Assembly: GCA_965662845.1 (NCBI GenBank)
Contig: CBFIJD010000027.1
Location: forward strand, 1 to 35,207
Reading direction: 5' to 3'
Length of the DNA: 35,207 bases
DNA from: an uncultured bacterium
GTDB lineage: Bacteria > SAR324 > NAC60-12
The notes under the pieces: model-generated
Database searches by the model: none
The model's input: the letters and a program-made list of their open reading frames with translations, nothing else
What the model was told of the DNA's origin: nothing
Part shown: piece after piece, positions 26,430 through 35,207 of the stretch
How positions within the stretch are numbered: position 1 is the first letter of the stretch
Layout: the number at the start of each line of letters is the position of its first letter
Translations under genes and position numbers: made by a program

Positions 26430-26538
26430 GCAATTGCGGATTGAGTTTGCGGAGATTCTGCGCTAAGCATTTTGGCCTCAAAGCCTAGACATCCATCCGC
26501 CACCCACCCCACTTCTATCAACTCCTTCTCCCTTTGTT

Positions 26539-29160
26539 ATGACTGCCGCAGCCCCTCGCTCGCCCATTTTGTTGCGCGACTACCGCGCGCCCACTTTTCT
26601 GATTTCGCAAACGGAGCTCCGCTTTGAACTTGGCGAGGAGTGGACGCATGTGCACGCCCAGCTGACGGTGCAGCGCAATCCCGCGAGCGAAGACAACTCT
26701 GACACGCTGCGGCTGCAGGGAGAAGAGATGGAGCTGCTCGCGATTGAGGTGGACGGCCAGCGCCTCGAGCTTGGAGAGTACGAGCGCGACGCGGAGAGCT
26801 TGACGCTGCGAAACTGTCCAGACGCCTTTACTCTGCAAATGCACACACGCATACAGCCGCAGCACAACACGGCGCTCGAAGGCCTCTATCGTTCAAACCA
26901 GCTGTTCTGCACACAGTGCGAAGCGGAGGGGTTCCGCAAAATTACCTACTTCTTGGATCGACCGGACGTACTGTCCCGCTTTCGCACGACGATTGTGGCG
27001 CCCTATGGGGCCTATCCTGTGTTGCTCTCCAACGGCAACCCAACCGCGCAAGGCGTCTTACCTGACGGCCAACATTGGGTGACCTGGGAAGATCCGTTCC
27101 CCAAGCCCTGCTATTTGTTTGCGCTGGTCGGAGGAGACTTGAAATATGTGGAAGACATCTACTTCACGAAGTCGGGGCGACGCGTCACGTTGCGGATTTA
27201 TGTGGAACCAGAGCATTTAGACCAATGCGACCACGCGATGGAGTCGCTCAAACAAGCGATGCGTTGGGATGAGGAGCGCTTTGGGCTGGAGTATGACTTA
27301 GACATTTACATGATCGTTGCGGTGCAAGACTTCAACATGGGCGCGATGGAGAACAAAGGCCTGAACATCTTCAACGCCAAGTATGTGCTCTCGCGGGTAG
27401 ACACCGCCACCGACGCCGACTTTGAAAACATTGAGAGCATTGTGGCGCACGAATACTTTCATAATTACACCGGAAATCGTGTCACGTGCCGAGATTGGTT
27501 CCAACTCAGCTTGAAAGAAGGCCTGACGGTCTTCCGCGATCAGGAATTTACGTCTGATCTGCGATCTCGCCCGGTCAAGCGCATCCAAGATGTGCGCTTC
27601 CTGCGCGACTACCAGTTCCCCGAAGATGCCAGCCCAACGGCCCACCCCGTGCGCCCAGATTCATATCTTGAAATCAACAACTTCTACACCGCGACGGTTT
27701 ACGAGAAGGGGAGTGAAGTCATCCGCATGCTGCAGACCGTGCTTGGCCGCGACGGGTTCACCAAGGGCGTGCAGTCCTACCTGAGCCAACACGACGGCAG
27801 CGCTGCGACGATAGAAGACTTTGTCGCGGCGTTGGAAGCCGCCAATGAGACCGACCTCAGCGCATTTATGCGCTGGTATGAGCAAGCCGGCACGCCAGTC
27901 GTGCGAGCCCGCGATGCTTATGACGCCGCGAGGCAGCGCTATGAGCTGCGCTTGCAGCAGCGCTATCCAGCTGAACTTGCAGGCGACGTTGTCCCCATCC
28001 CGATTCAACTTGGCTTGCTCAGCGCCGAGGGCGCGCCCATCGCTTTCGCGTTGCAGGGGCAAACGGCGACGGATCACACCTTTGTGATGAAGAGCAGGGA
28101 AGAGACGCTCACGTTCGAGGGCATCCCCAGTCGGCCTGTGCCGTCCTTGCTCCGTCAGTTTTCGGCGCCTGTGCGTTTGGATTACGACTTCACGACGGAG
28201 CAGCTGGCGCTGCTCTATCGACATGACACCGACGCCTTCAATCGTTGGGAAGCCGGTCAGCGCCTCTCCACCCAAATCATCTTAGACGGCATGACCCGTC
28301 CGCCGGAGGTGACCACGTTGGTCGAAGGCATGCGTGGCATTTTGAGCGAAGAACACGCGGATTTGAGGTTCCTGACGCAGCTTTTGAGTTTGCCGCTAGA
28401 GGGGTTCTTAACAGAGCAGATGTCGCCCATTGCGCCTGCGAAGCTGCGGGAGAGTTTGTGGGGATTGGAGCGCCGCCTGGCGAGCGACTTACGAGACCTG
28501 TGGAGAGAGAACTACCAACGCTATCACGACGGCGCGAGCGCCGATCTCAGCGCAGAAGCCGCGGGCCGGCGGGCGTTCAAAAATTTTTGTTTGCGGCGTC
28601 TGGGTTGGCTTGATGAGGCCGAAGTTCGCGAGCTGGCGTTGCGCCAATTCCAAGAGAGCCGGAACATGACCGACGCGATGGGCGCGTTGGAGGTGCTGAC
28701 GCACTCGGACGGAGAGGAGCGTTTAGAGGCACTGGACGCTTTCTATGCGCGCTGGCAAGACGACGCGCTGGTGCTCGACAAATGGTTCCGGTTGCAGGCC
28801 GTCGCTCGGCGCGACAAGGTGCTTGAAGAGGTCCACGGGTTGTTGCAGCACCCCAAGTTCACCTATCGCACTCCCAACCGCGTGCGATCCTTAGTCGGTG
28901 CTTATGCTCAAGGCAATTTCTTTCAATTCCACCGTCCAGATGGCGCGGGCTATCGCTTCTTGGTCGACCAAATCCTGCACTTAAACGCCCAGAACCCGCA
29001 GGTCGCGGCCCGGTTGCTCACTCCGCTCACCCGCTGGAGCCGCTTTGAACCCCAACAACGCCAACTCATGCAGCTGGAGCTACAGCGCTTGTCAAAATCT
29101 GCAAATTTGTCGCGCGATGTGTATGAGATCGTGAGCAAGAGCCTGAAGGTCTCAGCATGA
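26539..29160 (+). CDS. pepN: Aminopeptidase N (M1 family)
   Basis: TQCEAEGFRKIT, GAMENKGLN, HEYFH..E, C-terminal PNRVRSL and NPQVAARL. Confidence 0.97.
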   Translation: MTAAAPRSPILLRDYRAPTFLISQTELRFELGEEWTHVHAQLTVQRNPASEDNSDTLRLQGEEMELLAIEVDGQRLELGEYERDAESLTLRNCPDAFTLQMHTRIQPQHNTALEGLYRSNQLFCTQCEAEGFRKITYFLDRPDVLSRFRTTIVAPYGAYPVLLSNGNPTAQGVLPDGQHWVTWEDPFPKPCYLFALVGGDLKYVEDIYFTKSGRRVTLRIYVEPEHLDQCDHAMESLKQAMRWDEERFGLEYDLDIYMIVAVQDFNMGAMENKGLNIFNAKYVLSRVDTATDADFENIESIVAHEYFHNYTGNRVTCRDWFQLSLKEGLTVFRDQEFTSDLRSRPVKRIQDVRFLRDYQFPEDASPTAHPVRPDSYLEINNFYTATVYEKGSEVIRMLQTVLGRDGFTKGVQSYLSQHDGSAATIEDFVAALEAANETDLSAFMRWYEQAGTPVVRARDAYDAARQRYELRLQQRYPAELAGDVVPIPIQLGLLSAEGAPIAFALQGQTATDHTFVMKSREETLTFEGIPSRPVPSLLRQFSAPVRLDYDFTTEQLALLYRHDTDAFNRWEAGQRLSTQIILDGMTRPPEVTTLVEGMRGILSEEHADLRFLTQLLSLPLEGFLTEQMSPIAPAKLRESLWGLERRLASDLRDLWRENYQRYHDGASADLSAEAAGRRAFKNFCLRRLGWLDEAEVRELALRQFQESRNMTDAMGALEVLTHSDGEERLEALDAFYARWQDDALVLDKWFRLQAVARRDKVLEEVHGLLQHPKFTYRTPNRVRSLVGAYAQGNFFQFHRPDGAGYRFLVDQILHLNAQNPQVAARLLTPLTRWSRFEPQQRQLMQLELQRLSKSANLSRDVYEIVSKSLKVSA

Positions 29161-29810
29161 GCCAAGAGAACGCCACAACAAGCATCCTCTTGATCCGTCA
29201 CGCGCAGACTGAGTGGAACTTGCACCGTCGCTTTCAGGGCCACGGCGACAGCCCGATCACCCCAGAAGGATATGAGCAATTGCGCTGCCTGCGGTCGCGT
29301 CTTGCGCAGGATACCTTTGACGCCGTCTTTGCGAGCGATCTGCCGCGCACGATGCGCACCGCGGAGTTCTTGCCGGTTGCCAAAGACGCGCTTCAGCCCG
29401 AACCACGATTGCGAGAGCGTGGTGTAGGGATTCTGGAGGGCTTAAATCTCCAAGAAATTTTGCGGCACCATCCCCGTGACTATGCGGCGTTCAAGCAAGG
29501 AGACAAAGAGCACGCGCCCCCGCAAGGTGAAAGTTTGCAACAAGCGTTTGATCGCGCATGGGAATTCTGTGAAGCTGTTATACAGCAGCGTGCGGGACAG
29601 CGGATCGCGGCGGTCTCTCACGCAGGCTTGATTCGTCTGCTGACCAAACACATCCTAGGGATCGCGTTGGATGGCCCCAGCTCCTACCACATTCCAAACA
29701 CCAGCCTCACGCAGCTGGAATACTCTGCTGAAGAGCGACGCTGGACGATCTCAACGTTGGCCGACACCACGCACCTTCAGCCTGTCTTTGCACCACTCGT
29801 TCAGGACTAA
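29157..29810 (+). CDS. Histidine phosphatase (phosphoglycerate mutase family)
   Basis: LIRHAQTEWN, SDLPRT, LRER, GES, VSHAG. Confidence 0.92.
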   Translation: MSQENATTSILLIRHAQTEWNLHRRFQGHGDSPITPEGYEQLRCLRSRLAQDTFDAVFASDLPRTMRTAEFLPVAKDALQPEPRLRERGVGILEGLNLQEILRHHPRDYAAFKQGDKEHAPPQGESLQQAFDRAWEFCEAVIQQRAGQRIAAVSHAGLIRLLTKHILGIALDGPSSYHIPNTSLTQLEYSAEERRWTISTLADTTHLQPVFAPLVQD

Positions 29811-29813
29811 CTT

Positions 29814-30215
29814 ATGTTCTCTGTGTTCACTCGCATCATCCAGGGCGACCTGCCTTGCGAGAAGATTTATGAAACAGAAACAGAGATCTGTTTCTTAGAT
29901 GTTCGTCCGCACACCGAAGGGCACACGCTCGTGGTGGCGAAGCGAGAAGTCCCCCGCTTTGAGGAGCTGACACCTGAAGAAAGCGCCAGCTTGATGCAGA
30001 CCATGCAGAAGGTCGCCAGAGCCGTCAGTCGCTGCTACGGAGGTGCGGACTATAACATTCAACTGAACAACGGCCCCAAGTCGGGTCAAGAAGTGCCGCA
30101 TGTTCACTTTCACATCATTCCTCGCCCCAATGGATTGGAGGCGCCTCGCCTGAACAAGTACGCAGAAGGCCAAATGGAGAAGGTCGGCGAACAAATTCGC
30201 GCCCAACTTGACTAA
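29814..30215 (+). CDS. HIT-family nucleotide hydrolase
   Basis: FLDVRP, GHTLVV, NNG..SGQEVPHVHFHIIPR. Confidence 0.95.
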   Translation: MFSVFTRIIQGDLPCEKIYETETEICFLDVRPHTEGHTLVVAKREVPRFEELTPEESASLMQTMQKVARAVSRCYGGADYNIQLNNGPKSGQEVPHVHFHIIPRPNGLEAPRLNKYAEGQMEKVGEQIRAQLD

Positions 30216-30216
30216 C

Positions 30217-31137
30217 ATGCCATCCAACGAAGCTACCGCTTCTGCCGCTCAGCCTTCCTTTCTTGCGGCCATTGATGTTGGCAGCAAAGCCGTCCGTATG
30301 GTTCTCGGCGCGCTGCATCCCAACGGAGACCTCCACGTTTTGCGACGCTGGCGGGCGCACCTGAGCTTGGGACAATACGTCTTTCGGCAGCACCTCATCC
30401 CCGCAGACACAGTCCAAGAGCTGCAGCGAGTCCTGCAGACATTTCGAGCAGATTTGCCCCCTGAGGTAGAGCTGCGCATTACCGCCACGAGCGCCGTGCG
30501 CGAGGCGACGAACCGCGACCAAGTCCTCCAAAGGCTGCGCACTACAGGGCTGAATGTGCAAGTGCTAGAGGGCGAGGAAGAGGCCGAGTTGATCCGCCAC
30601 GCGCTGGAGACGCTGTTGCCAGAGGACACAGGCCCGGTGCTGTTTGCTGATCTAGGGGGAGGGAGCTTAGAACTTTCGCTACTCCACGAAGGAAATCTGC
30701 TGCTGCAACGCAGTGTCCCTCAGGGAGTGACTCGTCCCCACGAAATGCCCGAGCACTGGCGTCAAGTGTTGGAGCCACTGTGTGACGGCATCGAGGCGCG
30801 CAGGCGCTTTCTGGTGCTCTCGGGGGGCAGCGCTCGGGACTGGGCGAAGGTGATTCAACAGGGAGAGCCCGCGCAGACGCGCAGCAGCGTGAGCACCGAA
30901 TTTCACTGGACAGAGGCGCTGGGCAAGGCAGGGGAAGACGTCGCTGAGGGGCTGTTTTCAGCGCTTGGACGTTGTTGGCAACCCGATGTCGTGATGGTCT
31001 CGCGGGTGAGCTTAAAAGAAGCCCTCCTGCTGAAATTAGCGGAGTCGCTGCTTCCCACACAAAGTTGTCATTTGAAGATGCCGCTGGATGTGCCGCTGGT
31101 TCAGGTGCGCTGTGAGCACGAGTGGAACCTCAACTAG
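30217..31137 (+). CDS. Short, divergent Ppx/GppA-family phosphatase
   Basis: AAIDVGS, ATSAVREATN, GEEEA, DLGGGSLE; no C-terminal HD domain. Confidence 0.8.
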   Translation: MPSNEATASAAQPSFLAAIDVGSKAVRMVLGALHPNGDLHVLRRWRAHLSLGQYVFRQHLIPADTVQELQRVLQTFRADLPPEVELRITATSAVREATNRDQVLQRLRTTGLNVQVLEGEEEAELIRHALETLLPEDTGPVLFADLGGGSLELSLLHEGNLLLQRSVPQGVTRPHEMPEHWRQVLEPLCDGIEARRRFLVLSGGSARDWAKVIQQGEPAQTRSSVSTEFHWTEALGKAGEDVAEGLFSALGRCWQPDVVMVSRVSLKEALLLKLAESLLPTQSCHLKMPLDVPLVQVRCEHEWNLN

Positions 31138-31236
31138 ACGTCGCTCATGCCCTCTCAGCTCGTTGAAAGGCAGGAGGGGCCAGCGCGCAAACCGCTACGT
31201 CAAGCGATGAGGCCGCTCTTCCGCAGAATCTAGGGG

Positions 31237-32025
31237 TCAGAACGGCAACCGCAGCGCTTGCAGCACTCCAAACATCTGGTCATCGAAGAGTTGAAACATC
31301 ATGCGGAGGGCCTGAATGAAGAAGGGCATCCCGATCCACAAAAAGACGAAGCCGAGCAAGAGCGTCAGAGGAAAGCCCACCACGAAAATCTGAATTTGTG
31401 GCACGGAACGCGACAGCAGCCCTAAGACTACGTTCGCGAGCAACAAAGCCACAATCAACGGCGCCCCCAACTGAAAACCGATCGTAAATACTCCCGCCGA
31501 GAGTCGCACCAGCTCTCCCATCAAGCCGTCGTTCATGCCGGCCTGTCCCACAGGCAAGACCTCATAGCTCCGGACCATCGCCTGCACCACCATCGCGGGC
31601 CCGTCAATCGCCAAGAACACCAACGACGCGATAATTGATTCCAAGCGCGACACCAAGGAAACCTGCTGCATGGATTGGGGGTCAAAGACATTCGCGATGC
31701 TGAGACCCATCTGGAAGCCGGTCATGGTCCCTGCAAACTCCACGGCGGCAAAGAGAAATTTCCCCACCATCCCCAAGGTCACGCCGATCATCAGCTCACT
31801 GAAGACCAACAGCACAAACTCGTGCAGCTGCGTGGGCTGAATGCCAAGGGTCGGGGTGAAGGGCTGGATGATCAGCGAGAAGATGATGATGACGACGATT
31901 TTGATTTGGGCAGGAATGTTAGAGCTGCCAAAGATGGGGGCGGTGGAGACGATGCCCCCGACGCGGATGAGCACTAAAATGAAAGCGAGAAGCTGCGAGG
32001 CATCGTAGCTGAGAAGGTTGGCCAT
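31237..32025 (-). CDS. fliR: Flagellar export protein FliR
   Basis: LIRVGG..APIF, ELMIG, AG..GFQMGLSIANVFDP, LGLLSRSVPQIQIFVVGFP. Confidence 0.95.
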   Translation of the reverse strand: MANLLSYDASQLLAFILVLIRVGGIVSTAPIFGSSNIPAQIKIVVIIIFSLIIQPFTPTLGIQPTQLHEFVLLVFSELMIGVTLGMVGKFLFAAVEFAGTMTGFQMGLSIANVFDPQSMQQVSLVSRLESIIASLVFLAIDGPAMVVQAMVRSYEVLPVGQAGMNDGLMGELVRLSAGVFTIGFQLGAPLIVALLLANVVLGLLSRSVPQIQIFVVGFPLTLLLGFVFLWIGMPFFIQALRMMFQLFDDQMFGVLQALRLPF

Positions 32026-32041
32026 TCCGGCTCCAAAGGGG

Positions 32042-32494
32042 TCATTCGCGCAGAGAGTTCGCGTAGCTGTCGTCGGTGCCCATGCCTTTGTTGCGGCTCT
32101 CGCGACGTTCGAGCTCCATTTGGGCCTCGAGGCTGAGACGCGTGAAAGGCAGCGCCATCAAGCGCTTTTTGCCAATCCAAGCGCCCGTCTCTTCGCACCA
32201 GCCATATTCGCCGTCTTCAATGCGTTTGAGCGCGTCTTTGATCTGTTGCAGGCGTTCGAGTTCGCGCGTCTCGATGATGCTGCTGAGCGTTTGTTCCTGT
32301 GAGTTCACAGAGTGGTCAACCTCATCGCCCACTTCGTAGTCGCTATCAGCGTGATGTGTCTGCAAGCGCTCTTCGATCTCTTCTTTCTGACGCAACAACA
32401 TCGCTTTGATTTCAACCAACTCCTCCGCTGCGATCTGCTCTTCTTGGTCTACCTCCTCAGAGGTGGCCCCGAAGGGACGGTCTTCGTTGCTCAT
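32042..32494 (-). CDS. dksA: DksA/TraR-family RNAP-binding factor (one-cysteine type)
   Basis: Coiled coil with DEVD tip, ALKRIEDGEYGWCEETG..I..RL.ALP. Confidence 0.8.
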   Translation of the reverse strand: MSNEDRPFGATSEEVDQEEQIAAEELVEIKAMLLRQKEEIEERLQTHHADSDYEVGDEVDHSVNSQEQTLSSIIETRELERLQQIKDALKRIEDGEYGWCEETGAWIGKKRLMALPFTRLSLEAQMELERRESRNKGMGTDDSYANSLRE

Positions 32495-32627
32495 AATTCG
32501 ATTCTTTCTCGTCTATGTGCGGTGAGCACGGATGATAAAAGCAAGTGCGGAGCCCTTTCAGATTTTGGGCCAAAGAAAATGAGGGGCAAATTTTTAGCAG
32601 GTTTGGCCCGATGCGCAATCAAAAAGA

Positions 32628-33941
32628 TCAGCGCTTGCGCATGCGGGTCGCAGAGAAGCCCATCCACTCCTCGCTGGGAAGCAGTTGCCAGTGGCCGGTT
32701 GTCGCCTCATGAGCCGTCGGGGGAAGCGGCGCCCAAGCTTCGGGAACCAACGCCAGCTCCTCCTGCATTTGTAGGGGCAGCTGCGTCTCTTCGTGTTCCA
32801 AAGAACACGTGGAGTGAATGAGCAGCCCGCCAGAGCGGAGCACGCGCGCCGCTTCTTGGAGCAACCGTCTCTGCAGCGGAAGCTGCCGCAAGAGCTCCGA
32901 CTCATCTTGCACCCATTTGAGGTCGGGGCTTTTGCGAATGGTGCCTGTGGAGGAGCAGGGGACATCCAAGAGCACAACATCCAAGCTCGCACTACGGAAG
33001 GGGAGAGCTGCGCCATCCGACTGCAACAGGGCGACGGACGAAGAGGGCTGCAAGCGGTGAGCGTTCTCCTGCACACGCCGCAGCCGGGAGCGCGAGATGT
33101 CATTCAAGAGCAGCGTGATGTTCGACAAATCGGCAAAAGCCAGCCCTTTCCCGCCCGGAGCCGCGCAGACATCGAGGACCGTCCCCTGCAACAGCGGGCG
33201 CAGGCTCTGTGTGAAGGCATACGAAGACGCGTCCTGTACGTAAAATTTTCCGTCGCGATATGCCGCAGATTCCCAAAGCCCGGCTGTGCGCGCAACACAG
33301 ATCAACTCCGGAAAGTGCGGGTGCGGCGTCGGCTCTAGCTCTAACTCACGACACAGCTGTTGCAGGTGGGGCACGGCCTCCAGCTGGGTCGGAACGAGGG
33401 TGATCCCGGCAAAAGCGTTGTTGGCTTCACAGATTTGCGCGGTGGGTTGGGCACCGAACTGCTGTTTCCACCGCGCGACCATCCAATCCGGATGAGAGGT
33501 GCTGACAGAGAGAGGGTGCTTTTTCGGGTCAAGGCTCGCGGCTTGCTGATCGCGTTGCAGCTGTCGGAGCACAGCGTTCACCAGCCCAGAGCGCGCATCC
33601 AACTTGAACGCACGGACGTGTTCCACCGCAGCGTGCAAGGCTGGACGCTGTTGTTCTTCGCGCAAAAAAAGTAGCTCATACGCCGCGACGAGCAGGATGC
33701 ACTGCACATTTTTTTGTAATTTTTTCCAAGGCAAGTCGCAGCGCGCATTCAACTCGGCTTGCAGCCAGCGATGGTGCCGCAGCGTGCCCTGCAGCAGGTT
33801 GGTGAACAAACGTTGATCCGAAGAATTCGGGAGCTGTGGCAGTTTCAGACGTTGCCAGTCGCGATGTTTTTGAAAATCGATGAGGGCACGGACAGCCAGC
33901 ATTCGTGGGGCTTGAGAGGTAGACGAAGAGCTTGATTTCAT
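32628..33941 (-). CDS. rsmB: RsmB-like 16S rRNA m5C methyltransferase (NusB domain plus MTase)
   Basis: GLVNAVLR, SHPDWM, YVQD, DVCAAPGGK, DVPCSSTG, STCSL; likely start ATG 33941. Confidence 0.85.
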   Translation of the reverse strand: MKSSSSSTSQAPRMLAVRALIDFQKHRDWQRLKLPQLPNSSDQRLFTNLLQGTLRHHRWLQAELNARCDLPWKKLQKNVQCILLVAAYELLFLREEQQRPALHAAVEHVRAFKLDARSGLVNAVLRQLQRDQQAASLDPKKHPLSVSTSHPDWMVARWKQQFGAQPTAQICEANNAFAGITLVPTQLEAVPHLQQLCRELELEPTPHPHFPELICVARTAGLWESAAYRDGKFYVQDASSYAFTQSLRPLLQGTVLDVCAAPGGKGLAFADLSNITLLLNDISRSRLRRVQENAHRLQPSSSVALLQSDGAALPFRSASLDVVLLDVPCSSTGTIRKSPDLKWVQDESELLRQLPLQRRLLQEAARVLRSGGLLIHSTCSLEHEETQLPLQMQEELALVPEAWAPLPPTAHEATTGHWQLLPSEEWMGFSATRMRKR

Positions 33942-34031
33942 GAACTTTTGGGGAACGTGTGAACGCAATTTGCATCGGCGAGGCGCAAACAGTAGAGCCT
34001 TCTTGTTCAACGTCCAACCAAAAAGTGAAGT

Positions 34032-35039
34032 ATGGGTGCAGTTCTGTCGCAAAATGAAGTGGATGCGCTGTTGCGTGGGGTCTCCGGTGACGACATGGGA
34101 ATGGAGGAAGAAGAAGACGAGTATGATCCGGAAGAGATTGTGCCCTTCGACTTGACCGCACAAGATCGCATCATTCGGGGACGGATGCCGACGTTAGAAA
34201 TCATCCACGACCGCTTCGTGCGCTTGTTTCGCCTGACGCTATCCAACGCGCTGCGCAAGGTCGTAGACATCAGCGTGCGTTCTACGGAACTCATCAAATT
34301 TGGGGAGTTCTTGAAGACGCTCCCCGTGCCTTCTTCCATGAACCTGTTCCGCATGACTCCACTGCGAGGCAACGCGATCATGGTCTTGGAGACGCGCCTT
34401 GTGTTTACGCTGATTGACCTCTTCTTCGGAGGCACAGGAGAACTGGAGGTGAAAGCTGAAGGACGAGACTTCACCGAGATTGAGTCGCGCATGGTGAAGC
34501 GCGTGGCGATCAGCGCGCTGGAAGACCTGCAGAGTTCGTGGCGACCGGTGTTCCCCGTGCAGATCAACTACACCCGCGCTGAGGTGAACCCGCAGTTCGT
34601 CGCCATCGTACCGCACAGCGAGATTGTGATTGTGGTGACCTTCGATGTGGAGATCGGGCGCGCGCCAATGGCGATCACGCTGTGTGTGCCTTACTCCATG
34701 ATTGAACCCATTCGTGTCCGCCTGAACGCTGGCTTTCAGTCTGAGCAAGATGAAAAAGACAACACGTGGAGCAACCGCTTTAAGAAGAACTTGAACAAGA
34801 CCCACGTGGAGCTGGTGGCCCAGCTCGGCGAGACGCAGATGTCGGTGCGCGATTTCTTGAACCTAGAGGTGGGAGACTTAGTGACGCTGGAGCAAGAGGT
34901 GCAGCATCCGATCAGCCTGCTGGTCAATGGTGTGCAAAAGTTTTCAGGCTTCCAAGGCAGCTACAAAGGGCACAAAGCGATCAATATTAACGAATTGGTC
35001 TACATCCCACCCGCCGTGGACGAACTGCTCGCGATTTGA
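34032..35039 (+). CDS. fliM: Flagellar motor switch protein FliM
   Basis: N-terminal LSQNEVDALL CheY-binding peptide, RGRMPTLEIIHDRF, FGG, RDFTEIE, EVNPQF, C-terminal SpoA domain. Confidence 0.97.
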   Translation: MGAVLSQNEVDALLRGVSGDDMGMEEEEDEYDPEEIVPFDLTAQDRIIRGRMPTLEIIHDRFVRLFRLTLSNALRKVVDISVRSTELIKFGEFLKTLPVPSSMNLFRMTPLRGNAIMVLETRLVFTLIDLFFGGTGELEVKAEGRDFTEIESRMVKRVAISALEDLQSSWRPVFPVQINYTRAEVNPQFVAIVPHSEIVIVVTFDVEIGRAPMAITLCVPYSMIEPIRVRLNAGFQSEQDEKDNTWSNRFKKNLNKTHVELVAQLGETQMSVRDFLNLEVGDLVTLEQEVQHPISLLVNGVQKFSGFQGSYKGHKAININELVYIPPAVDELLAI

Positions 35040-35064
35040 CCTCAGCTCGCCCGCACAAAAAACA

Positions 35065-35092
35065 TTGACAGCTTGGGATTTTGCTGTATAGT
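35065..35092 (+). promoter_or_regulatory. Sigma70-type promoter for tRNA-Lys
   Basis: A-tract, TTGACA (35065-35070), 16-bp spacer, TATAGT (35087-35092). Confidence 0.75.
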
Positions 35093-35111
35093 TATGCGTT
35101 TTTCTTGTGGC

Positions 35112-35187
35112 GGGCTGATAGCTCAGTTGGTAGAGCATCTGACTTTTAATCAGGTGGTCCAGGGTTCGAGTCCCTGTCAGCCCACCA
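35112..35187 (+). tRNA. tRNA-Lys (TTT)
   Basis: 76 nt; acceptor stem GGGCTGA/TCAGCCC, anticodon loop CTTTTAA, GGTTCGAGTCC, encoded CCA. Confidence 0.98.
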
Positions 35188-35207
35188 GCAACCATGCGGG
35201 TTTGCCG

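Noticed and set aside
23777..26441. 9-bp inverted repeat (ATCCGCAAT / ATTGCGGAT) flanking clpB
   Set aside because: Too short to exceed chance; no transposase or target-site duplication.
32771..32780. GTAGGGGCAG REP-like match inside rsmB
   Set aside because: No palindromic partner; lies within coding sequence; likely chance.
33959..33975. Sigma54 promoter upstream of fliM (GTGAACGCAATTTGCAT)
   Set aside because: The -12 TTGC is present but the invariant -24 GG reads TG.

Overview
GC-rich chromosomal window from a flagellated Gram-negative bacterium. The gene set and protein types suggest a deltaproteobacteria-like lineage, possibly SAR324 (inference only). Most of it is housekeeping: partial tyrS (missed by the ORF track), recR, EVE protein, ilvC, tldD/pmbA, moeA, lpxD, MFS, DEDDh exonuclease, clpB, pepN, histidine phosphatase, HIT, Ppx/GppA-like, dksA-like, rsmB-like, tRNA-Asn(GTT) and tRNA-Lys(TTT). 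Flagellar genes are scattered singly (flagellin with a sigma28 promoter, fliR, fliM, an atypical CheY-like receiver). Two accessory zones stand out. The first lies downstream of tRNA-Asn: an orphan GAF-PAS histidine kinase with an in-frame (AACACCG)x11 tract that looks like a phase-variation switch, followed by a duplicated 55-bp IS-end-like element. The second is a ~2 kb toxin-antitoxin cluster (PIN pair, DUF4160/DUF2442 pair, orphan hicB) interleaved with GTAG-type REP palindromes, with a 29-bp direct repeat bracketing the PIN module. No integrase, transposase or cas gene is visible.
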